From an uncultured Spirochaetota bacterium (lineage in GTDB: Bacteria; Spirochaetota; Spirochaetia; SZUA-6; CAVTHK01): DNA of 64,000 nucleotides. The stretch lies in the NCBI GenBank assembly GCA_963734495.1, contig CAVTHK010000016.1, forward strand, positions 160,001 to 224,000. Reading direction: 5' to 3'. Below the pieces are notes generated by a model. The model was not told the DNA's origin, made no database searches, and was given only the letters and a program-made list of their open reading frames with translations. Shown piece after piece: positions 1 to 9,952 of the stretch (its first letter is position 1; the number at the start of each line of letters is the position of its first letter). Position numbers and translations under genes: made by a program.

Positions 1-351
1 GCAAGCTACGAGCGGATAGGCGTGCTCGCCACGCTCCCCACCACGCTGAACCCGACCATCCGGCTTCTCCGGTCGCAGGCCGCGGCGCAGGGGAGGTCCG
101 TCACCATCGTCGAGGGCCTTGCCGAAGGCGCCTACGACGCCCTGGTCGGCGGAAAGGCCGCGGAGCACGACGAGCTGATCCTTCGCGCGGCCCGCAGGAT
201 CGCGGACCGGGTGGACTGCATCGTGCTGGCCCAGGGCTCCATGGCGAGGATGGAAGCGGCCCTCGCCGAAAAGACTGGCAGGGCGGTGCTCTCCAGCCCG
301 TACCTCGCGGTGATGTCCGTCAAGTCCATGATCGCGGCGGCGGTCAAGTAG
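1..351 (+). CDS. Asp/Glu/hydantoin racemase family protein (5' partial)
   Basis: IGVLATLPTTLNPT...DCIVLAQGSMA...VLSSP motifs typical of the C-terminal half of this family; ORF runs off the window start. Confidence 0.7.
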   Translation, partial: ASYERIGVLATLPTTLNPTIRLLRSQAAAQGRSVTIVEGLAEGAYDALVGGKAAEHDELILRAARRIADRVDCIVLAQGSMARMEAALAEKTGRAVLSSPYLAVMSVKSMIAAAVK

Positions 352-449
352 CGGGAATTTCCCTCGGAAACTTGCGGGCAACAGGGATATTGTCGACAAT
401 AACCGTACGGACCCCGACCAGGAGGCCGAGGCCCTCGCAGGAGGGTACA

Positions 450-614
450 GTGCCTGACGAAGTCGTGATGCCGTGGGACGTCCCGACCAGACCGGCGCCG
501 GGACCCGAGCGGAATCAACCGCGACCCGCAGATGCCTCTCGAAAAGAAGAAGAGCAGAAGGGAAGGGATACTCCCGCCCAACCTGAGCTGCCTCCCGAGT
601 ACCACCTCGGCTGA
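450..614 (+). CDS. small hypothetical protein (54 aa, Pro/Glu-rich)
   Basis: GTG preceded by CAGGAGGG Shine-Dalgarno; fills an intergenic gap; no recognisable domain. Confidence 0.35.
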   Translation: MPDEVVMPWDVPTRPAPGPERNQPRPADASRKEEEQKGRDTPAQPELPPEYHLG

Positions 615-764
615 GCGGCGGTCACCGCTCTCGGTCGGGATCGATGTCGCCCTCGGGCTGAGCCGCGCCGGGATTGACGCCCGCACGGTCCCCCGCTAAA
701 GCTATCGGGACCCGGCGGGCGGATCTCCCCGAAGGCGTTTCGCTGTCGCCGGACGGGAGGCAAC

Positions 765-1628
765 ATGCAAACGATGAGAGTTCGCGCTGCGATCCTGGCG
801 GTCGCCGCCTGGGCGGTGCTCGCGTCCGCGGGCGCAAGCGCACAGCAGCCGGCGCCGCAGCCTGCGCCGCGCGACACGCACGAGCTCCTGAACGCGACGC
901 TTTGGATTCAGACCTCAGCGGAGCACTGGGCCGCCTGCCGCTCCACATATGGGGCGGCGACCAGGGCGCTCGACGCCGCGCTTGCCGACCCGGGCTGGAC
1001 CGCGGCGCTCGAGCAGACCGGATCGTTCGGGTCCCTGCCGCCGGCCGTGATCGTCGACCTCGACGAAACGATCCTGGACAACTCGCCCTTCGCGGGACGC
1101 CTCGTGTCCGACCGCATCCCGTTCGATCCGAAAGTGTGGGCCCAGTGGGTGGCGCGGGCCGACGCGGCGGCGCTGCCCGGCTCCCTGGACTTCATCCGGC
1201 ACGCCCAGGGCAGGGGAGTCACGGTCTTCTACGTGACGAACCGGTCTGCCGACCAGGAGGAAGCGACTCGTGCCAACCTGTCGCGCCTGGGTATCGCGCT
1301 TCCCGCCGACACAGACACCGTTCTCATGAGCCGGGAACGGCCCGAGTGGAGGTCCGACAAGTCGTCGCGCCGCGCTTTCGTCGCGGCGAGGTACCGGGTC
1401 CTGCTCCTCGTCGGCGACGACCTGGGCGACTTCGTCTCCGGCGCGGCGGGCACACCGGAGAATCGCGTCGCTCTGGCGGAGCGATACGCGGACTACTGGG
1501 GAACGCGATGGTTCGTCATCCCCAACCCGATGAACGGCTCGTGGGAAACTGCCGTGTACGGAAACGAGTTCCCGCCCGACCGTGAAGTGCTCCAGCGCAA
1601 GCTCGCGAAGGTCAAGTCCTTCAGGTAG
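765..1628 (+). CDS. class C acid phosphatase / 5'-nucleotidase e(P4)-like HAD protein, secreted
   Basis: Signal peptide; VIVDLDETILDNS, FYVTNR, GDDLGDF and IPNPMNGSWE motifs; GGGAGG RBS. Confidence 0.9.
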   Translation: MQTMRVRAAILAVAAWAVLASAGASAQQPAPQPAPRDTHELLNATLWIQTSAEHWAACRSTYGAATRALDAALADPGWTAALEQTGSFGSLPPAVIVDLDETILDNSPFAGRLVSDRIPFDPKVWAQWVARADAAALPGSLDFIRHAQGRGVTVFYVTNRSADQEEATRANLSRLGIALPADTDTVLMSRERPEWRSDKSSRRAFVAARYRVLLLVGDDLGDFVSGAAGTPENRVALAERYADYWGTRWFVIPNPMNGSWETAVYGNEFPPDREVLQRKLAKVKSFR

Positions 1629-1642
1629 GCGCCGCGCGCCCT

Positions 1643-1671
1643 TTGCACGCCCCCGCCGGCGCGTGTAGAGT
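1643..1671 (+). promoter_or_regulatory. sigma70-like promoter of the nitroreductase gene
   Basis: TTGCAC-17 bp-TAGAGT upstream of the ATG at 1708. Confidence 0.45.
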
Positions 1672-1707
1672 CGAGCCCACCGCAGCGAGGCGGCAGAGGG
1701 AGGAACC

Positions 1708-2355
1708 ATGAAGAAGAAGCACGCGTGCCTCGGGCTGATCATCCTGTCGGCGGCCGTCGCTTTCGCGCAGGACATCCAGCTGCCGGCCCCCAGGGCGAGG
1801 GCCGGCGTGGACCTGTTCGACGCCATCAACGCGCGAAGCGTCACCCGGGCACCGGTCAAGCACGACATCCCGCTCGCGGATCTTTCTGCGATCCTGTGGG
1901 CGGCCAATGGGGCCAAGCCGGTCGACGCGGTGTCGTCGGCGAGCAAGGCGGGCCGAACCATCCCGTATTCCGGCGACACGGCCTACATCAACGTCTACTA
2001 CCTGGACGGGAAAGGCATCTACCTCTACGTGCCCGAGAGCAACCTGCTCAAGCAGGTTGCATCCGGCGACTCCCGGCAAGCGGCGGTGCCGTCGACCTTC
2101 GGGACGTCGCCCGGGATGCTGCTCTTCACCTACGACTATGCAAAGACGCCGCGCTTCCTGCGCACGCCGGCGATCCGCGAATCGACGACGGCGACCGCCG
2201 CCTTCGGCGCGCAGAACGCGGCGCTCGCGGCCGCAACCATGGGCCTCGATTCGATCATCATGTACAACATGAAGGCGGACGTCATGTCAGCCGCGGCGAA
2301 GCTGACAAAGGACGAGCCGCCGCTGTTCATCATGCAGCTCGGCTATCGGAAGTAG
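1708..2355 (+). CDS. nitroreductase family (SagB/ThcOx-like) protein with signal peptide
   Basis: IQLPAP..DLFDAINARS, LSAILWAANG, GRTIPYS and AQNAALAA motifs; GGAGGAGG-like RBS. Confidence 0.8.
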   Translation: MKKKHACLGLIILSAAVAFAQDIQLPAPRARAGVDLFDAINARSVTRAPVKHDIPLADLSAILWAANGAKPVDAVSSASKAGRTIPYSGDTAYINVYYLDGKGIYLYVPESNLLKQVASGDSRQAAVPSTFGTSPGMLLFTYDYAKTPRFLRTPAIRESTTATAAFGAQNAALAAATMGLDSIIMYNMKADVMSAAAKLTKDEPPLFIMQLGYRK

Positions 2356-2444
2356 GGGCGCCTCCCGCCATGACCGCGCCATCGCCGCGCCTCTTGCCGC
2401 CTCGGCCCCGCTTCGATAATGTGCAGGCCCTTGGAAGGGGGACC

Positions 2445-3086
2445 ATGGTGCCGGGCACAAGGGGCCGCTGCGCTTGCGTGATCTTCGACTTCGGGGGCGT
2501 GATCAGCCATCCGCAGCGCCCGCAGTTCATGGACGAGGCCGCAGCCATCGTTGGCGTCGATGTTCCTTCGCTGCGCGAGGCATATCGGCGCTATCGAGGC
2601 GACTATGACCGCGGCGCTTTCGACGGCCCCGAATACTGGCGGAGGGTTCTGAGCGACGCCGGCTCCCGCGACCAGAGGGCCCGCATCGGCGAGTTGATCG
2701 CCCTCGACACGGTCAGCTGGACGACGATCAACGATCGCGTCCTCGACGCCATCCGCGGCGTCGGCGGCCGCGGGTACCGCCTGGCCGTCCTCTCGAACAT
2801 GCCCTGGGAGATCGACCGCTACATCAAGGGTGGGTTCGCCTGGCTGGAGATGTTCGAAACGCTGACTTTCTCCTGCGAGGTCGGTGCCATCAAGCCCGAG
2901 CCGGCGATCTACGCTCACGCGCTCGAGCGCCTGGGCCTCGCGGCGAGCGAATGCCTGTTCGTTGACGACACCGAGGCCAACGTGGCCGGGGCGCTCGCTG
3001 TTGGCCTGCCTTCGATCTGCTTTCGCAGCCTCGCGGGCCTGGAGGCGGCGCTGGATGGGGGCGCGGCCTCGAGGCCGCGAACGTAG
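2445..3086 (+). CDS. HAD-superfamily phosphatase (subfamily IA)
   Basis: VIFDFGGV, VLSN, KPEPAIY and FVDDTEANVAGA HAD motifs I-IV. Confidence 0.85.
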   Translation: MVPGTRGRCACVIFDFGGVISHPQRPQFMDEAAAIVGVDVPSLREAYRRYRGDYDRGAFDGPEYWRRVLSDAGSRDQRARIGELIALDTVSWTTINDRVLDAIRGVGGRGYRLAVLSNMPWEIDRYIKGGFAWLEMFETLTFSCEVGAIKPEPAIYAHALERLGLAASECLFVDDTEANVAGALAVGLPSICFRSLAGLEAALDGGAASRPRT

Positions 3087-3101
3087 CCTGCCGCGGCCGC
3101 C

Positions 3102-4319
3102 CTACAGGGGGCCGCGAGCGCCCGCGTGCAGGCGCACCTGTCGCGTCGCGCTCATGACGAGCCACGTGCCCGCCGCCAGTATGACGGCGACGGTGACGAA
3201 AACGGGCGTGAAGCCCGAGAACGCGCAGATGGCGGCGCCGAGGGCCGGTCCGACCGCGTTGGCGATCGCGCTCAAGCTGGTGGACAGGCCGTAGATGGTG
3301 CCGAGCTGGCTGCGGTCCGCCCGTGTCGCCAGCATCGCGTTCACGGTGGGGACTGCGCCGCCCAGAACCGCGCCGGAAAGGAGCCGCAGCACAGCGAGCT
3401 GTCCCGGAGTCCGTACCGCGATGAGGAGAAGGTGCGTCACGACGCCTCCGGCCAGGCAGTAGACCAGCACCCTTCCATAGCCGAGCCGGTCGCTCACATG
3501 GCCGGCGGCGACCGCGGCGAAGGCGCTGGCAAAGGCCCCCCCGCCGATGATCAGGCCGGACAGCGTGCCCAGCATCGTCGACTTCGGCGCGATCGACTGT
3601 ATGAACAGCGGCAGGATCGGCGAGACGGCTCCCCCGGCCAGGTTCAACGTGATCACCACCACGAGAAAGAGGACCAGCTCGCGGGATTTCGCGAGGATCG
3701 AGAAGTCGGGAAGGATTCGCCGCCAGATCGGCTCGTCCATGGGTTTGGGAGTGAAGTCCTCTTTGACGAAGAACAGCACCACGAGCGCGCCGGTGCCGAG
3801 CAGCGCCGACGTGATGAGGAACGAGGCCCTGTAGCCGAGGATGTCGGCGATGCCGCCCCCGAGCATAGGGCCGACGGCCGACCCGACCATGATGGCCATC
3901 TGCAACATGCCCAGGGTGTAGCCCGCCTTGCTCGGGGGGGCCGAGCCCGCGACCAGGACGGTGGCCGCCGCAACGGTCCCGGTAAAGATGCCGCCGCCGG
4001 CCCTGAAGACGATGAGCTGCCAGGGGTGCGTGGCGAGGCCCATGCAGAACATCATGATCGTGCCGCCGACCAGCGCCCGCAGGAACATGATCCTCCTGCC
4101 GTAGGAGTCCGCGAGGCGGCCCCAGATCGGAGCAAAGATGAACAGCGTGACCGCTCCCGAGCTCTGCACCAGGCCGACCCACATCTTGACCTGGGCATCG
4201 TCTTTGATGCCGAGCTCCTGGATGTAAAAGGGAAGGGTGGGGCCGAGCGCTCCGAACCCGGCGAGGGCAAGCATCTCCGCCACCCAGATCGCGTAGAAGT
4301 TGCGTTTCCAATCGATCAT
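3102..4319 (-). CDS. MFS transporter (MdtG/DHA1-like)
   Basis: MIDWKRNFYAIW start; motif A WGRLADSYGRR and GHVSDRLGYGR; about 12 hydrophobic segments. Confidence 0.9.
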   Translation of the reverse strand: MIDWKRNFYAIWVAEMLALAGFGALGPTLPFYIQELGIKDDAQVKMWVGLVQSSGAVTLFIFAPIWGRLADSYGRRIMFLRALVGGTIMMFCMGLATHPWQLIVFRAGGGIFTGTVAAATVLVAGSAPPSKAGYTLGMLQMAIMVGSAVGPMLGGGIADILGYRASFLITSALLGTGALVVLFFVKEDFTPKPMDEPIWRRILPDFSILAKSRELVLFLVVVITLNLAGGAVSPILPLFIQSIAPKSTMLGTLSGLIIGGGAFASAFAAVAAGHVSDRLGYGRVLVYCLAGGVVTHLLLIAVRTPGQLAVLRLLSGAVLGGAVPTVNAMLATRADRSQLGTIYGLSTSLSAIANAVGPALGAAICAFSGFTPVFVTVAVILAAGTWLVMSATRQVRLHAGARGPL

Positions 4320-4656
4320 CCGGAACACCCTCTGCTCGCACGCCGTTGGGTCTCGCCCGCGCCTTGGAGCATCGGGGGGAGGACCGCACGCGTCCCTCCC
4401 CGGGCAAACGGGCGGGCCACGCGCGGCGGAAGCGGCAAAGTCTCGAGCGGACCTGACAAACGGCGCGCGCACCCGCGCGAGCTCATGGCGGCAGCCGTGA
4501 GCGGGCGACGCTGCGCCGCTCCATCGTTGGCAAGGGTGCGCATCTGGCGCGGTCGTGTCAACAGAAGTGCTTGACCCCGCCAGGGGATTGCCGCACAGTC
4601 GCTCGCGAGAGCCCGGCAAGGACTGCGCAGGCCCGGCAAACACCGGGCGGGGAGGC

Positions 4657-5562
4657 ATGTTTCTGCACGCGCCCGTCGTGGACGCTCACCAGCACTTCTG
4701 GGACCTATCGCTCGGGAAACACCCCTGGCTCGCCCCCGAGGCCAGGCATCCCTTCCGCTACGGCGACACCTCCGCGCTCAAGAGAAACTACCTCCCGCCC
4801 GACTACCGTCGCGACGCCGCGCGGCAGAACGTGGTCCGGACCGTCTACGTGGAGACCGAATGGGACCCTGCGGACCCTTCGGGCGAAGTCCGCTGGGTCG
4901 AAGGGATCGCCGAGCGCTACGGCGTGCCGAATGCCGTAGTGGCGCAGGCGTGGCTCGACCGGGAGGACGCCGCGGCGGTGCTCGCGACTCACGCCCGTTC
5001 CCCGCTCGTGCGCGGCGTGCGCCACAAGCCGCGCGCGGCGTCGTCGCCTCGCGAAGTTGTGCCGGGCGCGCCGGGCTCGATGGGCGACCCGGCGTGGCGG
5101 GCCGGCTTCGCCCTGCTCGCGCGCCACGGGTTCTCCTTCGACCTTCAGACCCCTTACTGGCACCTGGGCGAGGCGGCGGCGCTCGCGCGGGACTTCCCTT
5201 CGACCGTCATCATCCTCAATCACACGGGCCTGCCCGCGGATCGCTCCCCGGAGGGGCTCGCGGCGTGGCGGGCCGGGATGTCCCAGCTCGCGCAGCAGGC
5301 CAACGCGTTCGTCAAGATCTCCGGCCTCGGCCTGCAAGGGAGACCGTGGAGCGCCGACGACAACGAGCGGCCCGTGCTCGACGCGATCGAGATCTTCGGG
5401 GTCGAGCGCTGCCTCTTCGGGAGCAACTTCCCCGTCGACAGCCTGGTCGGCGGATTCGACAACATCTTCGACGGTTTCCGCCGGATCGTCCGGCGGTTCT
5501 CGCGGCCGGACCGGGGCGCTCTTTTCCACGACAACGCCATCCGCGTCTACCGCCTCGAGTAG
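4657..5562 (+). CDS. amidohydrolase_2 family protein
   Basis: VVDAHQHFWD, RGVRH, ILNHTGLP, VKISG and FGSNFPVD motifs; GGAGG RBS. Confidence 0.9.
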   Translation: MFLHAPVVDAHQHFWDLSLGKHPWLAPEARHPFRYGDTSALKRNYLPPDYRRDAARQNVVRTVYVETEWDPADPSGEVRWVEGIAERYGVPNAVVAQAWLDREDAAAVLATHARSPLVRGVRHKPRAASSPREVVPGAPGSMGDPAWRAGFALLARHGFSFDLQTPYWHLGEAAALARDFPSTVIILNHTGLPADRSPEGLAAWRAGMSQLAQQANAFVKISGLGLQGRPWSADDNERPVLDAIEIFGVERCLFGSNFPVDSLVGGFDNIFDGFRRIVRRFSRPDRGALFHDNAIRVYRLE

Positions 5563-5620
5563 CCGCGGGGCGCGCACCGCATGTCGGGTGAGGAAGTCGC
5601 TGCCGTTTTCCATTTCCCGC

Positions 5621-5649
5621 TTTACACTTCCGGCCCGCACGGGTAGAGT
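5621..5649 (+). promoter_or_regulatory. sigma70-like promoter of the transketolase-like gene
   Basis: TTTACA-17 bp-TAGAGT. Confidence 0.5.
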
Positions 5650-5731
5650 GAGTCTGCGGCGTCCCTGCCTGCGGCGGGGCTGCGGCGTGGACGGCGCCCG
5701 CTGAACAACGATCGCAAGGAGAATAGGACGC

Positions 5732-8253
5732 ATGAGCCGAGTGGATGAGAGGTATGACGCGCTGGTCTCCGAGTTCCCGCGATGGGAAAAGACGAAGGAC
5801 CTGATCGAGCAGCTGCTCGACATCATGCTGAACTACCGGCAGAGCGGGCATCCCGGCGGGTCCCGCTCAAAGCTGCATGCCTTCCTCGTCACGCTGCTGA
5901 GCGGCGTGATGCGCTGGGACATCCGCCACCCGGAAAAACGGTTCGGCGACCGGTTCGTGCTCGGAGCCGGGCACACGGTGCCCATGGTCTACTCGACCCT
6001 GGCCCTGTTCAACGAGGCGATGCGGGTCAAGTACCAGCAGACCGGCGACGCGAAGTACGCGATTCCCAAGGCCAAGGAGCGGATGCTGACCTGGGAAGAC
6101 CTCGCGATGCTGCGCCGCAACAAGGGGCTTTCGGGCCACGCGGAGATGGAAGGCAAGAGCCTGTTCCTCAAGTTCAACACCGGCCCCTCGGGCCACGGCA
6201 GCCCGGCCGCCGCCGGCGAGGCCGTGGCCCTCAAGCGGGCGGGCGCCGAAGGCGTCAAGGTCTTCATCTTCGAGGGTGAAGGCGGGCTCACCCCCGGCGT
6301 CACGCACGAGACGATGAACTCGGCCTGGGGCCTGGCGCTGGACAACCTCTACTACGTCGTGGACTGGAACGACTTCGGCATCGACGCGCACACCGTGAGC
6401 TCCTGCGTGTACGGGTCGCCGCGCGACTGGTACGGCGGGCACGGGTGGCGCGTGTTCGGCACGGAGCAGGGCAGCGAGTGGGGGCCGGTGACGCGGACGA
6501 TGCTCGCGATGACGCTCGAGGAGAATCCGCAGGCCCTGCCCAGCATGGCCTGGGTCAAGACGCGCAAGGGCCGGGGCTACCTCACCTACGACTACGCGTC
6601 GCACGGCGTCCCGCACAAGCTCAACGACGAGAAGTACTGGCAGCTCCGCAAGGAGTTCGCGGCCGAGTACGGCGCCCAGTTCGTGAACGTCGGCGGCGCC
6701 GCGCCCAAGGAGGCGACGGCGCTCCGGGAGGAGTGCCTCGCGAACCTCAAGGCCGTCATCGACGTGCTGCACAAGGACCAGGCCTGGTCGACTACCTGGC
6801 CGACCGCCTGGTGCGACCTCGGCGACAGCGTGCCGAGCGAGATCGCCGACGTTCCGGCTGGGCCGCAAGGGCAGCCCCTTCAAGGACAAGCGGCTCTTCG
6901 ACTACCGCAATTACCCGAAGGACCTCTACCTGCGCGCCCGGGATCTTCAGCCGCGAACCGCAACGCGCTGGCCAAGTGGGGCGCCTGGGTCAACTCCTTC
7001 GGCGCCAAGGAGTACGGCCGGCCGATCTTCCTCGCGTCATCCGCGGACCTCGCCGAGTCGACGAACATCGCCGGCTTCGCCCGCGGCCACGACGACTTCA
7101 AGGGGTGGGACTGGTTCGGCCGCAACGGCTCGCCCGAAGGCGCGCTGCTGACGCAGCAGATCACCGAGTTCGCCAACTCGGGCATCATGGTCGGGATGGC
7201 GAGCGTCAACCTCTCGACAGGACCCGGAAAAGGAGTTCGACGGCTTCTGGGGAGCCACCTCGACCTACGGCTCCTTCTCCTACCTCCTGTACGGACCGCT
7301 GCGCCTCTTCAGCCAGCTCGCGCAGGACTGCCAGCTCAAGGTGGGCAAGGCGATCTTCGTGGCCGGCCACTCGGGCCCGGAGACGGCCGAGGACAGCCGC
7401 ACGCACTTCGGCATCTTCTCGCCGGGCGTTACGCAGCTCTTCCCCGCCGGCCGCATGATCAACCTCTACCCGTGGGAGCACAACGAGGTGCCGGTCCTGC
7501 TCGGCGCGGCCCTCGCGACCGACGTCCCGCTGATCACGCTGCACCTTACCCGGCCGCCGATCGCGATCCCCGACCGCGCCGCGCTCGGCATCCCGTCGCA
7601 CTTCGAGGCGGCGCGGGGCGCCTACGTGGTGCGCGACTTCGCGGCCGGCAGGCCGCGCGGCGGCGTCGTGATCGCGCAGGGGACGAGCGCGGTGGCGAAC
7701 ATCGTCAAGATCCTCCCGGACCTGGAGAAGTCTGAACGTGAAGGTCGTCTGCGCCACCAGCCCGCAGCTGTTCGCCATGCAGGGCGAGAGCTACCGGAAG
7801 CAGGTGCTCTCGGACGCCGACAAGATGGACTCGACCGTGGTCACGACCCAGGCGCGCTGGCTGATGCACGACTGGCTCTTCAACAAAGTGGGCGAGGAGT
7901 ACGCTCTCTCGAGCGACTGGGACGACCGGTGGCGGACCGGCGGCAGCGTCGACGAGGTCCTCGAGGAGGCGCACCTCTCGCCGAAGTGGCTGGTCGAAGG
8001 AATCACTCGGTTCGTCCGGGACCGCGGCAAGCGGCTCGCGCGCCTTTCTGGCGGCGTAGCGGCGGCCGTGGGCGCGGCGGGCAGGGCGGCCAAGGCGCCT
8101 GCGCCGCGGAAGGCGGCCACGAGAGCGGCCGGGCCGCGCAAGGCCGCGGCAAAAAAGGCGCCCAAGAGGGCGGCGGCCGCCAGGGCCGCGACGAAAAAAA
8201 CGCCCGCGAGAAAAGCAGGGGCCGCGAAAAAGCCCGCCCGCAAGCGTCGCTGA
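5732..8253 (+). CDS. transketolase-family ThDP enzyme with Lys/Ala-rich C-terminal tail (several frameshifts, probably sequence errors)
   Basis: SGHPGGS, DRFVLGAGH, NTGPSGHG, KTRKGRG, SADLAEST, HSGPETAEDSRTH and HLTRP motifs spread over ORFs 5732-7735, 7341-8330 and 7738-8253; indels near 6785-6950, 7220 and 7730. Confidence 0.85.
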
Positions 8254-8311
8254 TCGGGCCGGGCGCTTCGAGACGGGCGCGGCGGGACGCCATAGTGTAT
8301 ATACTATTGGC

Positions 8312-9085
8312 GTGGACTGGTTCCGCTTGAGGCCGTGCCGCCGGGGCCTCGCCCTGGCACTCGGCGTCTGGGCGCTGGCGCTCGTGTTCGCCGGCTGCCG
8401 CCGGCAGACGCAGCCCCCGGCGCCGCAGCCGTCGCAGGAGCAGGCGGAGGCCGACGCGCGCGCGGCGAGCCGCTTTCGCCTGCTGATGGCCGCGGTCGCG
8501 GCCGGCGAAAGCGACCAGGTCAAGAAGCTGCTCGACGAGGGGGTGAGCCCCAACCAGAAAGCCGAGAATGGCGACACCCCGCTGGGTCTGGCCGCGTCGC
8601 GGGGTGACGTCGCGCTCATGCGGCTTCTGATCGAAAAGGGCGCCGAGGTGGCCGCTTCGGGCCCGCTCTCGGGCACACCGCTCGAGCTCGCGACCTGGTA
8701 CGGGCACGCCGAAGCGGCCCAGCTTCTGCTCGACAAGGGCGCGGATCCGAACTCGCGCGGCTTCGAATCCTGGACGCCCCTGATGATCGCGGCTAAGCAG
8801 GGCCAGGCCGCCATCGCCCGCCTGCTGATCGCGCGCGGCGCCAGCGTCAACGAAGGCAACTTCCAGAGCGCCACCGCGCTCATGATCGCCGCGTCCGAGG
8901 GGCATGCGGACGTCGTCAAGGTGCTGCTCGCCGGCGGCGCCGACGCCGGCCGGACCGACGGCCGCGGGAGGCGCGCCGCGGACTATGCCGCCGAGGCCGG
9001 GCACTCGGACCTGCTGCCTCTGCTCGGTCCGCCGTCGGCGCCTGCAAAACCGCCTGCTGCGGGCGAAACGCCCGCCAAGGAATAG
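8312..9085 (+). CDS. ankyrin-repeat lipoprotein
   Basis: Lipobox-like FAGC; repeated GxTPLxxAA..G..LL..GAxVN ankyrin units. Confidence 0.9.
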   Translation: MDWFRLRPCRRGLALALGVWALALVFAGCRRQTQPPAPQPSQEQAEADARAASRFRLLMAAVAAGESDQVKKLLDEGVSPNQKAENGDTPLGLAASRGDVALMRLLIEKGAEVAASGPLSGTPLELATWYGHAEAAQLLLDKGADPNSRGFESWTPLMIAAKQGQAAIARLLIARGASVNEGNFQSATALMIAASEGHADVVKVLLAGGADAGRTDGRGRRAADYAAEAGHSDLLPLLGPPSAPAKPPAAGETPAKE

Positions 9086-9089
9086 GATT

Positions 9090-9938
9090 ATGGGGCGCCT
9101 CTTCGACTACCACACCCATTCGCGCTTCTGCGACGGCAAGGGAGAGCTCTCCGAGTACGTCGAGGCCGCGGTCGCCTCCGGCCTCGTGTCGATCGGCCTT
9201 TCCGGCCACGCCCCGTGCCCCGTCGAGAGCGACTGGCACATGAAGGAGCCAGACCTCCCGCGCTACCTCGAGAGCGCGCGGGCACTCGCCCGCGCGCAGG
9301 AGGGGCGCGTCAGCGTGCTGGTCGGTCTCGAGGCCGACTACATTCCCGGCGTGATCTCGCCCCGCGCGGTGCGCCAGGCGCACCGGCTGGACTACGTGAT
9401 CGGCGGCGTGCACTACCTGGGCCGTCTCTCCGACGGCACGCCGTTTACGATCGACGGAACGGTCGAGGAGCTGCAGAGAGGGATCCGCGAGGGTTTCGGA
9501 GGCGACGCCCGGCGGGCCGTCGCGCGCTACTTCGAGCTCGTCGGAGAGATGGCCGCCACGGAAGCCCCCGACGTGATCGCGCACTTCGACCTCATCAAGA
9601 AGAACAACAAGGGTCTCTTCGACGAAGGCTCTCTCTGGTACCGGGCGGTGGCCACTGAGGCGCTGCGCGCCCTGGCCGCCTCGGGCTGCGTCGCGGAGAT
9701 CAACACGGGCCCCGTGTCGCGCAATTACGGGACCCACTTCTACCCGGGCGACGGTATCCTCGCCCCGATGGCCGAGCTGCGCATCCCGGTCACGCTTGGC
9801 TCCGACGCCCACAGGCCGGGCCACGTGGCGGCGCACTTCGGCGCCGCCCTGGACGCGCTGCGGCGCGCGGGCTATCGTGAGTGCTGGCGGCGCGACGGCA
9901 GCTCGTGGTCGGCCGTGCCGCTCGATACCCTCGGCTGA
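9090..9938 (+). CDS. histidinol-phosphatase, PHP (HisJ) family
   Basis: DYHTHSRFCDG, GLEADY, IGGVH, IAHFDLIKK, EINT and GSDAH motifs. Confidence 0.9.
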   Translation: MGRLFDYHTHSRFCDGKGELSEYVEAAVASGLVSIGLSGHAPCPVESDWHMKEPDLPRYLESARALARAQEGRVSVLVGLEADYIPGVISPRAVRQAHRLDYVIGGVHYLGRLSDGTPFTIDGTVEELQRGIREGFGGDARRAVARYFELVGEMAATEAPDVIAHFDLIKKNNKGLFDEGSLWYRAVATEALRALAASGCVAEINTGPVSRNYGTHFYPGDGILAPMAELRIPVTLGSDAHRPGHVAAHFGAALDALRRAGYRECWRRDGSSWSAVPLDTLG

Positions 9939-9952
9939 GGAGAACGGAAGAC

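Noticed and set aside
700..755. Possible riboswitch in the acid phosphatase leader
   Set aside because: Only a GC-rich hairpin; no known aptamer consensus recognised
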